This document shows positions 48,751-57,110 of a stretch of DNA of 64,000 bases, piece after piece; the stretch's first letter is position 1; every line of letters starts with the position of its first letter. The stretch comes from an uncultured Bacilli bacterium (lineage in GTDB: Bacteria; Bacillota_I; Bacilli_A; RF39; UBA660), in the NCBI GenBank assembly GCA_947626035.1, contig CANQQR010000003.1, forward strand, positions 7,603 through 71,602, in the 5' to 3' direction. The position numbers and the translations under genes were made by a program. The notes beneath the pieces were generated by a model. It was not told the origin of the DNA. It saw nothing but the letters and a program-made list of their open reading frames with translations, and did no database searches.

Positions 48751-49415
48751 AAAAAAGTATAATAATTAGTTGTGCCGGAAAAGGAAGTAGACTTGGTAAA
48801 GGTATACCAAAATGCTTAGTAGAAATACAAAACAAAACATTAATAGAAAGAATGATTGAAAATATTTATAACGAAGACGAAATAATAGTTGTAGTAGGTT
48901 ACAAAGGACAAGAAGTAATAGATAAAGTAACAGAAATAAATAAAAAATACAATGCAAATATTAAATTCGTTTGGAACAATGACTATGAAAAAACAGCAAC
49001 AGGTGCTTCATTTAAACTTGGATCAATTGAAGCAAGAAATGAATTTTTAATCGCAATAGATGGAGACATGTTAGTAAGTCCAAAAGACACTAAAAAAATC
49101 CTAAACATGGAAGAAGAATTTATATGTGGAGAAAAAGTCCATACAGACAAACCTATATACATATACTTAAACGATAAAAATGAGGGAATTAAATTTGACC
49201 TAACAGGAGAAAATTTACCTAAAGAAGTAAGAGAATGGTCTGGAATATCAGGCATATACAAAAACAACGTAACAGAGGGATGGTTTATGTGCGATATCAT
49301 GGAACCACGTCTACCATTAAAATTATTGGAAATAAATGCAAGAGAAATAGACACACCTAATGATTTAGAAGAAGCGACAAGATGGGTAAAAAATAATTAT
49401 GACGAAATAGAATAA
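48747..49415 (+). CDS. Sugar-phosphate / phospho-alcohol cytidylyltransferase (LicC / IspD-like NTP_transferase).
   Basis: N-terminal IIISCAGKGSRLGKGIPKCLV matches (G)xGxRL...PKxL. The 222-aa length is typical of LicC-type enzymes. Confidence 0.7.
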   Translation: MKKSIIISCAGKGSRLGKGIPKCLVEIQNKTLIERMIENIYNEDEIIVVVGYKGQEVIDKVTEINKKYNANIKFVWNNDYEKTATGASFKLGSIEARNEFLIAIDGDMLVSPKDTKKILNMEEEFICGEKVHTDKPIYIYLNDKNEGIKFDLTGENLPKEVREWSGISGIYKNNVTEGWFMCDIMEPRLPLKLLEINAREIDTPNDLEEATRWVKNNYDEIE

Positions 49416-49436
49416 TCCACTATTCTATTTTTTTGT
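49406..49436 (+). terminator. Rho-independent terminator (AATAGAATA-atccac-TATTCTATT + TTTTTTT).
   Basis: 9-bp perfect stem overlapping the stop codon. Confidence 0.6.
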
Positions 49437-49446
49437 TCCTTTAACC

Positions 49447-49476
49447 TTGACAAAAATATTCGGGGGGGGTTATTAT
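49447..49476 (+). promoter_or_regulatory. Promoter TTGACA, then a 17-nt spacer ending in a G8 homopolymer, then TTATTAT. Candidate slipped-strand phase-variable promoter for the tagF-like gene.
   Basis: ttgaca at 49447-49452; gggggggg at 49462-49469 immediately before ttattat. Confidence 0.5.
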
Positions 49477-49509
49477 AAAACAAAGAAAAGATAATATAAG
49501 GAGCAAAGT

Positions 49510-50715
49510 ATGTATAAAAATATAAAAAATGTAGCAATAATATTTCAAAATCAAATTCAATACGACTCAGCAATTGGATTAGTAGATATAATGATGTCTA
49601 AAGGCATAAAGGTTGATATTTATGTACCAACTTATAATGGAAATAAAAATGTAGGAGACATGTATGAAGAATTTTATAAAACATTAGACACAAAAAAATA
49701 TCACATATTTAGAGAAGCAAAAACAATTCTTTATGACTTACTATTTGAAACATATGAATCAGAACTATCGCCTTACATAAAAAGAAAATACACAATTAAA
49801 TACCCATACGGACTAACAACAAAAGGAGACGTATCACTATCTTTATTAGTAAATTATATATTTGATGGAATATTATGCTATGGGGATGATGATGCAGAAT
49901 GTTCAAAAAATTTTGGGGTAACATTTAAAATTGGAAATATAAAATATCTAAAAACAAAAACAGTTCCAAGAGAAAACATAGAAAAAAAGACAATTCTTTA
50001 TTTACCTACATATGGCGACTTATGTTCAATTGAAGAAATAACAGAAGAATTATTAAAACTAAAAAATGAATATAACATAATAATTAAACCACACCATGCA
50101 ACAGAATATAAACAAAATGAACAAGAAGAAAACAGAAGAAAATTCATAAAAGAACACTACGAAAATGTATACTCTTCTAAAGAAAAATTAGAAAACTTAC
50201 TAAATAAATGTGATGTAGTATTAACTGATACTTCTGGTGCTATATTTGATGCAGTATCACTAAAAAAGCCACCAATAATGTACTATAAAAAAGAAAATGA
50301 AAAATTTGGAGACTACGTAATGCTACCAATTCAATGCATTGAAAAAGGTTACATTCAAGGCATAACAAAAGATACAATACAAAACTTAAAACAATACATA
50401 GAAAGAGTTCAAACAGAAGAATATAAAAAGAAACAAGAAGAATTATTTAAAAAATTATTTATATGTGAAAATAACGAATCAGGTAAATACTTTGAAAAAT
50501 GCTTAGAAGAAATAGATAATGGAATATTTGAAACAGACTATTCTAAAATTCACAAAAACATGGTAGAAGATATAAAAAAATTATATCAAATATCATATAA
50601 TGCAGGAGAACTAACCAATGAAATAAATAAAATATACAATTCAAAATCTTGGAAAATAATAACAAAAATAAGAAATATTAAGAATATATTTAAAAAAAAT
50701 AAAAACATTGAATAA
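49510..50715 (+). CDS. CDP-glycerol (or CDP-alcohol) glycerophosphotransferase family (TagB/TagF-like) teichoic-acid polymerase/primase candidate.
   Basis: ILYLPTYGD (LYAPTxR-like), IIKPHHATE (HP motif) and CDVVLTDTSGAIFDAVSLKKPPIMY (ITDYSS..FDf....P.i.y-like). Confidence 0.6.
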   Translation: MYKNIKNVAIIFQNQIQYDSAIGLVDIMMSKGIKVDIYVPTYNGNKNVGDMYEEFYKTLDTKKYHIFREAKTILYDLLFETYESELSPYIKRKYTIKYPYGLTTKGDVSLSLLVNYIFDGILCYGDDDAECSKNFGVTFKIGNIKYLKTKTVPRENIEKKTILYLPTYGDLCSIEEITEELLKLKNEYNIIIKPHHATEYKQNEQEENRRKFIKEHYENVYSSKEKLENLLNKCDVVLTDTSGAIFDAVSLKKPPIMYYKKENEKFGDYVMLPIQCIEKGYIQGITKDTIQNLKQYIERVQTEEYKKKQEELFKKLFICENNESGKYFEKCLEEIDNGIFETDYSKIHKNMVEDIKKLYQISYNAGELTNEINKIYNSKSWKIITKIRNIKNIFKKNKNIE

Positions 50716-50810
50716 AACACATAATTATGTTATATTCATTAATAGAGGAACGTACCTATGATTCCTAGAACCTAGAATGTTTACTATTAACTTTAATCCA
50801 AATTTAAAGA

Positions 50811-50918
50811 TTAATTTTTGAATAGTAGTATTAAGAGTACCAAAATTAATGCGAATATCACTAGATGTTTCACTGGAATTTCCTTACATAGGTCGTTACC
50901 TCCTTCCATGTTATTCAT
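50811..50918 (-). CDS. Possible small ORF (35 aa: hydrophilic N-terminus, hydrophobic C-terminal helix) in an otherwise non-coding 470-bp region. Very uncertain.
   Basis: ATGAATAACATGGAAGGAGGTAACGACCTATGTAAG... An in-frame 36-codon ORF that contains a perfect SD-like GGAAGGAGGT internally. Confidence 0.15.
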   Translation of the reverse strand: MNNMEGGNDLCKEIPVKHLVIFALILVLLILLFKN

Positions 50919-50989
50919 GTTCGAACTTGAACATTCAAATATATTTCGTCTCTAAATAGAGATGATTTTATTTACAATAAAATTTATTT

Positions 50990-51130
50990 GTAGCCGAAAA
51001 GTAGCCGAATGGTGTCCGAATGGTGTCCGAATGTGTCCGAATGTGTCCGAAAAAAAGCCCGAAAAGTAGCCAAAAAGTAGTTGAATGTGTCCGAAAGGTG
51101 TCCGAATGGTGTCCGAATGTGTCCGAAAAA
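50990..51130. repeat. Array of about 13 tandem direct repeats with a 10-11 bp period (consensus G(G)TGTCCGAAT; variants GTAGCCGAAAA). GC-rich relative to its surroundings; directly abuts a consensus promoter.
   Basis: Read directly: gtagccgaaaa gtagccgaat ggtgtccgaat ggtgtccgaat gtgtccgaat gtgtccgaaaaaaa gcccgaaaa gtagccaaaaa gtagttgaat gtgtccgaaa ggtgtccgaat ggtgtccgaat gtgtccgaaaaaa. Confidence 0.8.
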
Positions 51131-51131
51131 A

Positions 51132-51160
51132 TTGATAATTAAAAAAAATAGGTATATAAT
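51132..51160 (+). promoter_or_regulatory. Consensus sigma-A promoter TTGATA-17-TATAAT.
   Basis: ttgata at 51132-51137, 17-nt spacer, tataat at 51155-51160. RBS gaggtga before the TTG at 51189. Confidence 0.6.
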
Positions 51161-51188
51161 ATTATTCGAGGTGATAAACTTGTTTATA

Positions 51189-52490
51189 GAAAATGAATAT
51201 GTAGAATTAAAAAGTGAATTAACAAAAGAAATAAAAAAAGAAATCGTAGCTTTTGCAAATTCTAAAGGTGGAACAATTTATATTGGTATTAATGATGATG
51301 GTACTATAAAAGGATTAAAAAATGTTAATAAAGATATAGAAGCATTAAGTGGTATGATTCGTGAAGGGATAAAATCTGATTTATCATTATATACTAACAT
51401 TGAAATTCAAAAATATGAAGATAAAGACGTTATTGTGTTAAAAATAATGAATGCGCCAAACAAACCATATTATTTAGCAGATAAAGGAATAAAATCTAGT
51501 GGTGTATTTTTTAGACATGGAAATGTTTCTGCTCCTGCATCGGATGAAATGATTAAAAATTTAATAAAGGAAAATCATGATTCATTTGAAAGTGAAATAT
51601 CTCATAATCAAAATCTAAACTTTACATATTTAGAAAATGTATTTCAAAATAAAAATATAGTGTTTAATAAAAATAAGTATAAAACATTAAATTTATTAAA
51701 CGAAAGCAATTATTATACTAATTTAGCACTACTATTATCAGACGAATGTCCATTTTCAATAAAGTGTGCAATTTTTGAGGGAAATAATAAAATTACATTT
51801 AAAGATAGAAAAGAATTTAATGGCTCTCTTATTAAACAACTTGAAGATACATTAGAATACTTAAATATAGTTAATAGAATAAGTGGAAAAATTATAAACT
51901 ATAAAAGAGTTGATATTCGTGATTACCCTGAATACGCAATTAGAGAAACAGTTTTAAATGCTATTATTCACAGAAATTATAATTTTTCTGGAAGTATCTT
52001 AATATCTGTTTTCGATAATCGAATAGAAGTTGTTTCATTAGGTGGATTAATGTCTGGCATTACTATTAATGACATACTTTCTGGGGTTTCTCAGCCTAGA
52101 AATAAAAATCTTGCTAATATTTTTTATAGATTACAATACGTAGAAAGTTATGGAACAGGAATCGGACGTATGTTAGATATTTACAATGAATTTCATTTAA
52201 AACCAGAGTTCAGTATTAGTGATAATTCATTTAAAGTAATACTACCAAATATAAACTACAAAGAAGAAATTGAAGAAATATTGATAGACGATAAAGCAAC
52301 AAAAAAAGAAAAAATTATAGACTATTTAAAAGAATATGGAAAAATAAAAAGAGAAACTATTGATAAATTACTTAATATATCTCCTACTGGGTCAAAAGCT
52401 ATTTTATCTGAATTGTTAAAAGAAAAAATTATTGAAAAAGCTGGCACTGGTAAAAATACATATTATATATTAAATAAAACTTTTAACTAA
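51189..52490 (+). CDS. AlbA_2 (Schlafen-like divergent AAA) + HATPase_c_4 + C-terminal wHTH protein. Usually annotated as a putative transcriptional regulator or ATP-binding protein.
   Basis: N-terminal ENEYVELKSELTKEIKKEIVAFANSKGGTIYIGINDDGTIKGL is an AlbA_2 hallmark. HRNYNFSGSILISVFDNRIEVVSLGGL is HATPase_c_4. TTG start chosen because the upstream part of the ORF runs through the repeat array. Confidence 0.65.
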   Translation, partial: ENEYVELKSELTKEIKKEIVAFANSKGGTIYIGINDDGTIKGLKNVNKDIEALSGMIREGIKSDLSLYTNIEIQKYEDKDVIVLKIMNAPNKPYYLADKGIKSSGVFFRHGNVSAPASDEMIKNLIKENHDSFESEISHNQNLNFTYLENVFQNKNIVFNKNKYKTLNLLNESNYYTNLALLLSDECPFSIKCAIFEGNNKITFKDRKEFNGSLIKQLEDTLEYLNIVNRISGKIINYKRVDIRDYPEYAIRETVLNAIIHRNYNFSGSILISVFDNRIEVVSLGGLMSGITINDILSGVSQPRNKNLANIFYRLQYVESYGTGIGRMLDIYNEFHLKPEFSISDNSFKVILPNINYKEEIEEILIDDKATKKEKIIDYLKEYGKIKRETIDKLLNISPTGSKAILSELLKEKIIEKAGTGKNTYYILNKTFN

Positions 52491-52654
52491 TTCTCTATAT
52501 TCGAATCGTTATAAGTAAAAATTATGTAGAAAAAATTAGATAACTAAGTTTATTTAATTTTTTTCTTTTTCTAGGGTAAGCTTTTCTTTAATTTTACGCT
52601 AAAAATAGACATTTCTAACTATTTTTAGTACAATAAATATAGGTGGTGCATAAA

Positions 52655-53602
52655 ATGAAAGATTTAATTAGCATAATAGTTCCTGTACATAACTCTAGTA
52701 AATATTTAGAAAAATGTATTAACAGTTTAATAAATCAAACATACAAAAATATTGAAATAATATGCATAGAAAACGGAAGCACTGATAACGGCTTAGAAAT
52801 ACTAAACAAATATAAAGACAAAATAAAAATACTAATACAAAAAAATCCAGGACTAAGTCTCGCAAGAAACACAGGAATAAAAAACAGTAATGGAAAATAC
52901 ATATCTTTTGTTGACAGTGACGATAATGTATTACCCACTTTCATAGAAGAATTATATAATGTAATAAAAACCACCGACGCTGACATAAGCGTATGTAACT
53001 ATAATGAAATATTAGAAGAAAATAAAGAAACAAAAAAGATAAGTTCATTTCCAAATGAAACAATAAAAGAAAAAGAAATAAAAGAAAACCTAGTAAACTT
53101 TAACTATGCAATATGGAACAAACTATACAAAAAAGACATAATAACAAAAAACAAAATCTACTTTCCAGAAAATATAAAATATGAAGACATCCCATTTGTA
53201 TTAAAATATTTAATAAATGCAAAATCTATATCAAAAACAGAAAAATACTTATATAACTACTATATTCACAAAAACAGTGAACAAACAACAGTAGATAAAA
53301 GAATATTTGACATAATCGACATCATGGACATCTGTAAAACTATGACAGATAAAAATAAGCTAGAAGACTTATACATAAAACACCTAACAACATATAGTTT
53401 AAAAACAAGATATATGAAGAATAATAAAGATAGAAATTTATTCATAAACACCTGCTATAACGAACTAAACGAAAACTACCCAAACTGGAAAAAAAGTAAA
53501 TACATAAAAAACAAAAACATATTTAAAAAAATCATAATAAAAAATAAATTATTTGTAAAATTATATACATGGCTTTATAGCCTAAAATATAGTAAAGATT
53601 GA
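52655..53602 (+). CDS. Family 2 glycosyltransferase.
   Basis: ISIIVPVHNSSKYLEKCINSLINQTYKNIEIICIENGSTD and a DSDD (DxD) motif. ATG at 52655 with an aggtggtg RBS. Confidence 0.8.
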   Translation: MKDLISIIVPVHNSSKYLEKCINSLINQTYKNIEIICIENGSTDNGLEILNKYKDKIKILIQKNPGLSLARNTGIKNSNGKYISFVDSDDNVLPTFIEELYNVIKTTDADISVCNYNEILEENKETKKISSFPNETIKEKEIKENLVNFNYAIWNKLYKKDIITKNKIYFPENIKYEDIPFVLKYLINAKSISKTEKYLYNYYIHKNSEQTTVDKRIFDIIDIMDICKTMTDKNKLEDLYIKHLTTYSLKTRYMKNNKDRNLFINTCYNELNENYPNWKKSKYIKNKNIFKKIIIKNKLFVKLYTWLYSLKYSKD

Positions 53603-53650
53603 ATTATATAACTAAAAAAGATATAATAAATTTAAAAGGAGATTCAAAAA

Positions 53651-54451
53651 ATGATAAAAGGTATGTTATCAAATTTCAAGAAATATTCATTCCTAATGAG
53701 CCAGATGGTTGAAAGAGATTTCAAAGTAAAATACAAAAGAAGTGTCCTTGGCATACTATGGAGCTTATTAAACCCAATACTAATGATGATTGTTTTAGCC
53801 TTAGTGTTTTCAAACCTTTTTAAAGCACGTGTCGAGGGAATAAACTACTTAGCTTACTTAATGATAGGACTTGTAATGTTTAATTTTTTAAACGAAGCCA
53901 CAAACACATCAATGTACTCAATCATATCAAACTACCCACTAATAAAAAAAGTATACTTACCTAAATATATATTCCCACTAAGTAAATGCTTATTCGTTGG
54001 AATAAACTTCCTACTAACACTAATACCTTTACTTGGTGTAATACTATTTACTGGCAGTGGTGCTACAAAATGCATAATTAATATATATTACTTACTAATA
54101 CCATATTCATTCATATGTATGTTCTTCTTCATAGTAGGCGTTAGTTTCATACTATCAACACTTGCAGTATTTTTTAAAGACATACTATACATATACGGAA
54201 TAGTAACAACAATCTGGCAATATTTCACACCAATATTCTATGACATTTCAATATTACCAGAAACACTACAAAAAATATTCCCACTAAACCCAATGTATCA
54301 ATTCATAACATTTGTAAGAACAATAATATTATATGGTAATATTCCAAGTGTTACAAACTTTATCATGTGTGCTTTTTATGGAATTTTCTTCTTTGTAATA
54401 GGCTGCTTCGTCTTTAAAGCAAACCAAGATAAATTTATATATTACATATAA
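53651..54451 (+). CDS. tagG: ABC-2 type polysaccharide/teichoic acid exporter permease (TagG/Wzm-like).
   Basis: 6-TM ABC-2 architecture with a YKRSVLGILWSLLNPIL N-terminus, typical of Wzm/TagG. Confidence 0.7.
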   Translation: MIKGMLSNFKKYSFLMSQMVERDFKVKYKRSVLGILWSLLNPILMMIVLALVFSNLFKARVEGINYLAYLMIGLVMFNFLNEATNTSMYSIISNYPLIKKVYLPKYIFPLSKCLFVGINFLLTLIPLLGVILFTGSGATKCIINIYYLLIPYSFICMFFFIVGVSFILSTLAVFFKDILYIYGIVTTIWQYFTPIFYDISILPETLQKIFPLNPMYQFITFVRTIILYGNIPSVTNFIMCAFYGIFFFVIGCFVFKANQDKFIYYI

Positions 54452-54461
54452 GGAGGAACTT

Positions 54462-55208
54462 ATGATAAAAGTAGAAAACGTAACAATGAAGTTTAAATTA
54501 GGAAAAGAAAGGTCAGATTCCCTAAAAGAAACATTCGTAAAATTTATAACAGGAAAACACAAAAAAGAAGAACTATTCACTGCGCTTGATAATGTAAGTT
54601 TCCATGTTGATAAAGGCGAAGTAATAGGAATAATTGGAAAAAATGGTGCTGGTAAAAGTACATTACTTAAAATAGTAAGTGGCGTTATGAAACCCACAAC
54701 AGGACGTGTCACAGTAAATGGCGCAATCTCGCCAATGATAGAATTAGGAGCAGGCTTCGACATGGAACTAACTGCTAGAGAAAACATATTCCTAAATGGA
54801 GCAGTATTAGGCTACTCAAAAAAATTCCTAACAGAAAAATTTGACGAAATAGTTGAATTTTCTGAACTAAAAGAATTTCTAGATGTACCAGTAAAAAACT
54901 TTTCTTCTGGTATGATAGCAAAACTAGCATTTAGTATAGCAACAGTAGTAAACCCTGAAATCCTAATAGTAGACGAAATACTATCAGTAGGAGACATACA
55001 ATTCCAAGAAAAAAGCAAAAACAAAATGATGGAAATGATAAGTGGTGGAACAACAGTCTTATTCGTATCACACAACATGGAACAAATAAAAAGCTTATGC
55101 ACAAAAGCAATCTGGCTTGAAAAAGGAAAAATAAGAAAAATAGGTTCCACTATAGAAATATGTGAAGAATTTGAAAATGAAGTATTAAAAAAGGAGAAGA
55201 GAAAATAA
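54462..55208 (+). CDS. tagH: ABC exporter ATP-binding protein (TagH/Wzt-like).
   Basis: Walker A GKNGAGKSTLL, signature FSSGMIAKLAF, Walker B ILIVDEILSVGD. Confidence 0.8.
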   Translation: MIKVENVTMKFKLGKERSDSLKETFVKFITGKHKKEELFTALDNVSFHVDKGEVIGIIGKNGAGKSTLLKIVSGVMKPTTGRVTVNGAISPMIELGAGFDMELTARENIFLNGAVLGYSKKFLTEKFDEIVEFSELKEFLDVPVKNFSSGMIAKLAFSIATVVNPEILIVDEILSVGDIQFQEKSKNKMMEMISGGTTVLFVSHNMEQIKSLCTKAIWLEKGKIRKIGSTIEICEEFENEVLKKEKRK

Positions 55209-56215
55209 TGAACGAAGATATTTTTAAAGACAAAGTATTATTAATAACTGGAGGAACAGGATCATTTGGAAATGCTGTACTAAAAAGATTTCTAAACACC
55301 AACATAAAAGAAATAAGAGTATTTTCACGTGACGAAAAAAAACAAGAAGACATGAGAATAAAATACAAAAATGACAAAATTAAATTCTATATAGGAGACG
55401 TAAGAGACTATAGAAGTGTACAAGCAGCTATGGACGGTGTAGACTACATATTCCATGCAGCCGCACTAAAACAAGTACCATCATGTGAATTTTTCCCAGT
55501 AGAAGCAGTAAAAACAAACATACTAGGAACAGAAAACGTGCTAGAAGCAGCAATAAACAAAGGTGTAAAAAAAGTAATAGTATTAAGCACAGACAAAGCA
55601 GCATACCCAATAAATGCAATGGGTATGAGTAAAGCCTTAATGGAAAAAGTTGCTGTTGCAAAAGGTAGAGACCTAAAAGAGGGACAAACCGTAATATGTA
55701 GAACAAGATATGGTAACGTAATGGCTTCACGCGGAAGTGTAATACCACTATTCTGTGACCAAATAGAAAAAGGCTTACCTCTTACAATAACAAACGGAAA
55801 CATGACTAGATTCATGATGACCCTAGAAGATGCAGTTGACTTAGTAATATACGCATTCAAATACGGAGAACAAGGAGACCTATTTGTCCAAAAAGCACCA
55901 GCAGCAACAATAGACACTCTAGCAGAAGCTGTAAAAGAACTAAAAAACAGTAATAGTGAAATTAAATACATAGGTTCAAGACATGGCGAAAAAATGTATG
56001 AAGTATTAGTAACAAAAGAAGAAATGCTAAATGCAAAAGACCTAGGCGACTACTACTGCATAAAATCAGACAATAGAAATCTAAACTACCAAAAATATGA
56101 AGTAGAAGGTAATGAAAAACTAACACAAATAGAAGAATACAACTCAGACAACACAAAAAGATTAAACAAAGAAGAAATGAAAGAACTATTACTAAAATTA
56201 GATTTATTTAAATAA
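55208..56215 (+). CDS. UDP-N-acetylglucosamine 4,6-dehydratase (inverting, CapE/WbvB/FnlA-like).
   Basis: KVLLITGGTGSFGNAVLKRFL. 335 aa. The typical MSKALMEK (active-site Lys region) is present. Confidence 0.8.
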   Translation: MNEDIFKDKVLLITGGTGSFGNAVLKRFLNTNIKEIRVFSRDEKKQEDMRIKYKNDKIKFYIGDVRDYRSVQAAMDGVDYIFHAAALKQVPSCEFFPVEAVKTNILGTENVLEAAINKGVKKVIVLSTDKAAYPINAMGMSKALMEKVAVAKGRDLKEGQTVICRTRYGNVMASRGSVIPLFCDQIEKGLPLTITNGNMTRFMMTLEDAVDLVIYAFKYGEQGDLFVQKAPAATIDTLAEAVKELKNSNSEIKYIGSRHGEKMYEVLVTKEEMLNAKDLGDYYCIKSDNRNLNYQKYEVEGNEKLTQIEEYNSDNTKRLNKEEMKELLLKLDLFK

Positions 56216-56266
56216 AAAATATAATAGAAAGGAATTAATCAATATCAAATTGATTATACAAACAAA

Positions 56267-57109
56267 ATGAAAATATTAGTACTCGGAAAAACTGGAATGT
56301 TAGGTCATGTAGTTACAAAATATTTAGAAGAAAAAAAATATAATGTTTATGCCACGAATAGAAGAGAAAAAGGATTATTATATTTTAATCCACTTGAAGA
56401 TATAAAAAAAATCGAAAATATTATTAACGAAATAAAGCCTAATATAATCATAAATTGTATAGGTATTTTAAATAAAGAAGCAGAAGAAAACCCTAGTAAA
56501 GCTATATTAATAAATAGTTATTTGCCAAACTATTTAGACGATTTATCAAAAATGTATAAATTTAAATTAATACACATTAGTACTGATTGTGTTTTTAGCG
56601 GTAAAACTGGTAATTATACTGAAAATAGTGTGAAAGATGCATACACAATATACGGTCAAACTAAAGCTTTAGGTGAAATAAATAACAATAATAATTTAAC
56701 ATTAAGAACATCTATAATTGGTCCAGATTTTAATCCAAATGCTATAGGATTATTTTCATGGTTTATGAAACAAACTCACGAAATAAATGGCTATACAAAT
56801 GCAATTTGGACTGGATTAACTACAATAGAATTAGCAAAACAAATCGAACAAGCAATAAAACATGATTTAAGTGGATTATACAATGTAGTCAATGGTAAAA
56901 CAATTAGTAAGTATGAATTATTAACTCTTATAAAAGAAGAATTTAATAAAGATATAATAATTCATAAAGATGATTCATATGTATGCGATAAATCTTTGAT
57001 AATAACAAGAAATGATTATATATTTAATATTCCATCTTACAGAGATATGATAAAAGAAATGCATGAATGGATAAAAAAATATAAAGATATTTACAATATG
57101 GAGGTATAA
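56267..57109 (+). CDS. RmlD-like NAD(P)H-dependent 4-reductase (WbvR-type dTDP-4-dehydrorhamnose-reductase homolog).
   Basis: MKILVLGKTGMLGHVVTKYL. 280 aa, too short for a two-domain CapF. YGQTK (YxxxK) catalytic motif. Confidence 0.65.
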   Translation: MKILVLGKTGMLGHVVTKYLEEKKYNVYATNRREKGLLYFNPLEDIKKIENIINEIKPNIIINCIGILNKEAEENPSKAILINSYLPNYLDDLSKMYKFKLIHISTDCVFSGKTGNYTENSVKDAYTIYGQTKALGEINNNNNLTLRTSIIGPDFNPNAIGLFSWFMKQTHEINGYTNAIWTGLTTIELAKQIEQAIKHDLSGLYNVVNGKTISKYELLTLIKEEFNKDIIIHKDDSYVCDKSLIITRNDYIFNIPSYRDMIKEMHEWIKKYKDIYNMEV

Positions 57110-57110
57110 A

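Noticed and set aside
50890-50912. ATG-TAA start-stop with a perfect Shine-Dalgarno sequence as an independent gene
   Set aside because: No coding capacity. Retained only as part of the observation on the structured non-coding region.
50990-51130. CRISPR array
   Set aside because: The unit is only 10-11 bp with no unique spacers, so this is a simple tandem repeat. No cas genes.
51081-51188. N-terminal extension of the AlbA_2 ORF (MNVSERCPNGVRMCPKK...)
   Set aside because: It is a translation of the GTGTCCGAAT repeat array plus promoter. The real start is the TTG at 51189 after an RBS.
56216-56266. AATCAAT-atcaa-ATTGATT palindrome between the dehydratase and reductase as a terminator
   Set aside because: No T-run follows, and the genes are in one pathway. 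More likely a minor structure or regulatory pause site.
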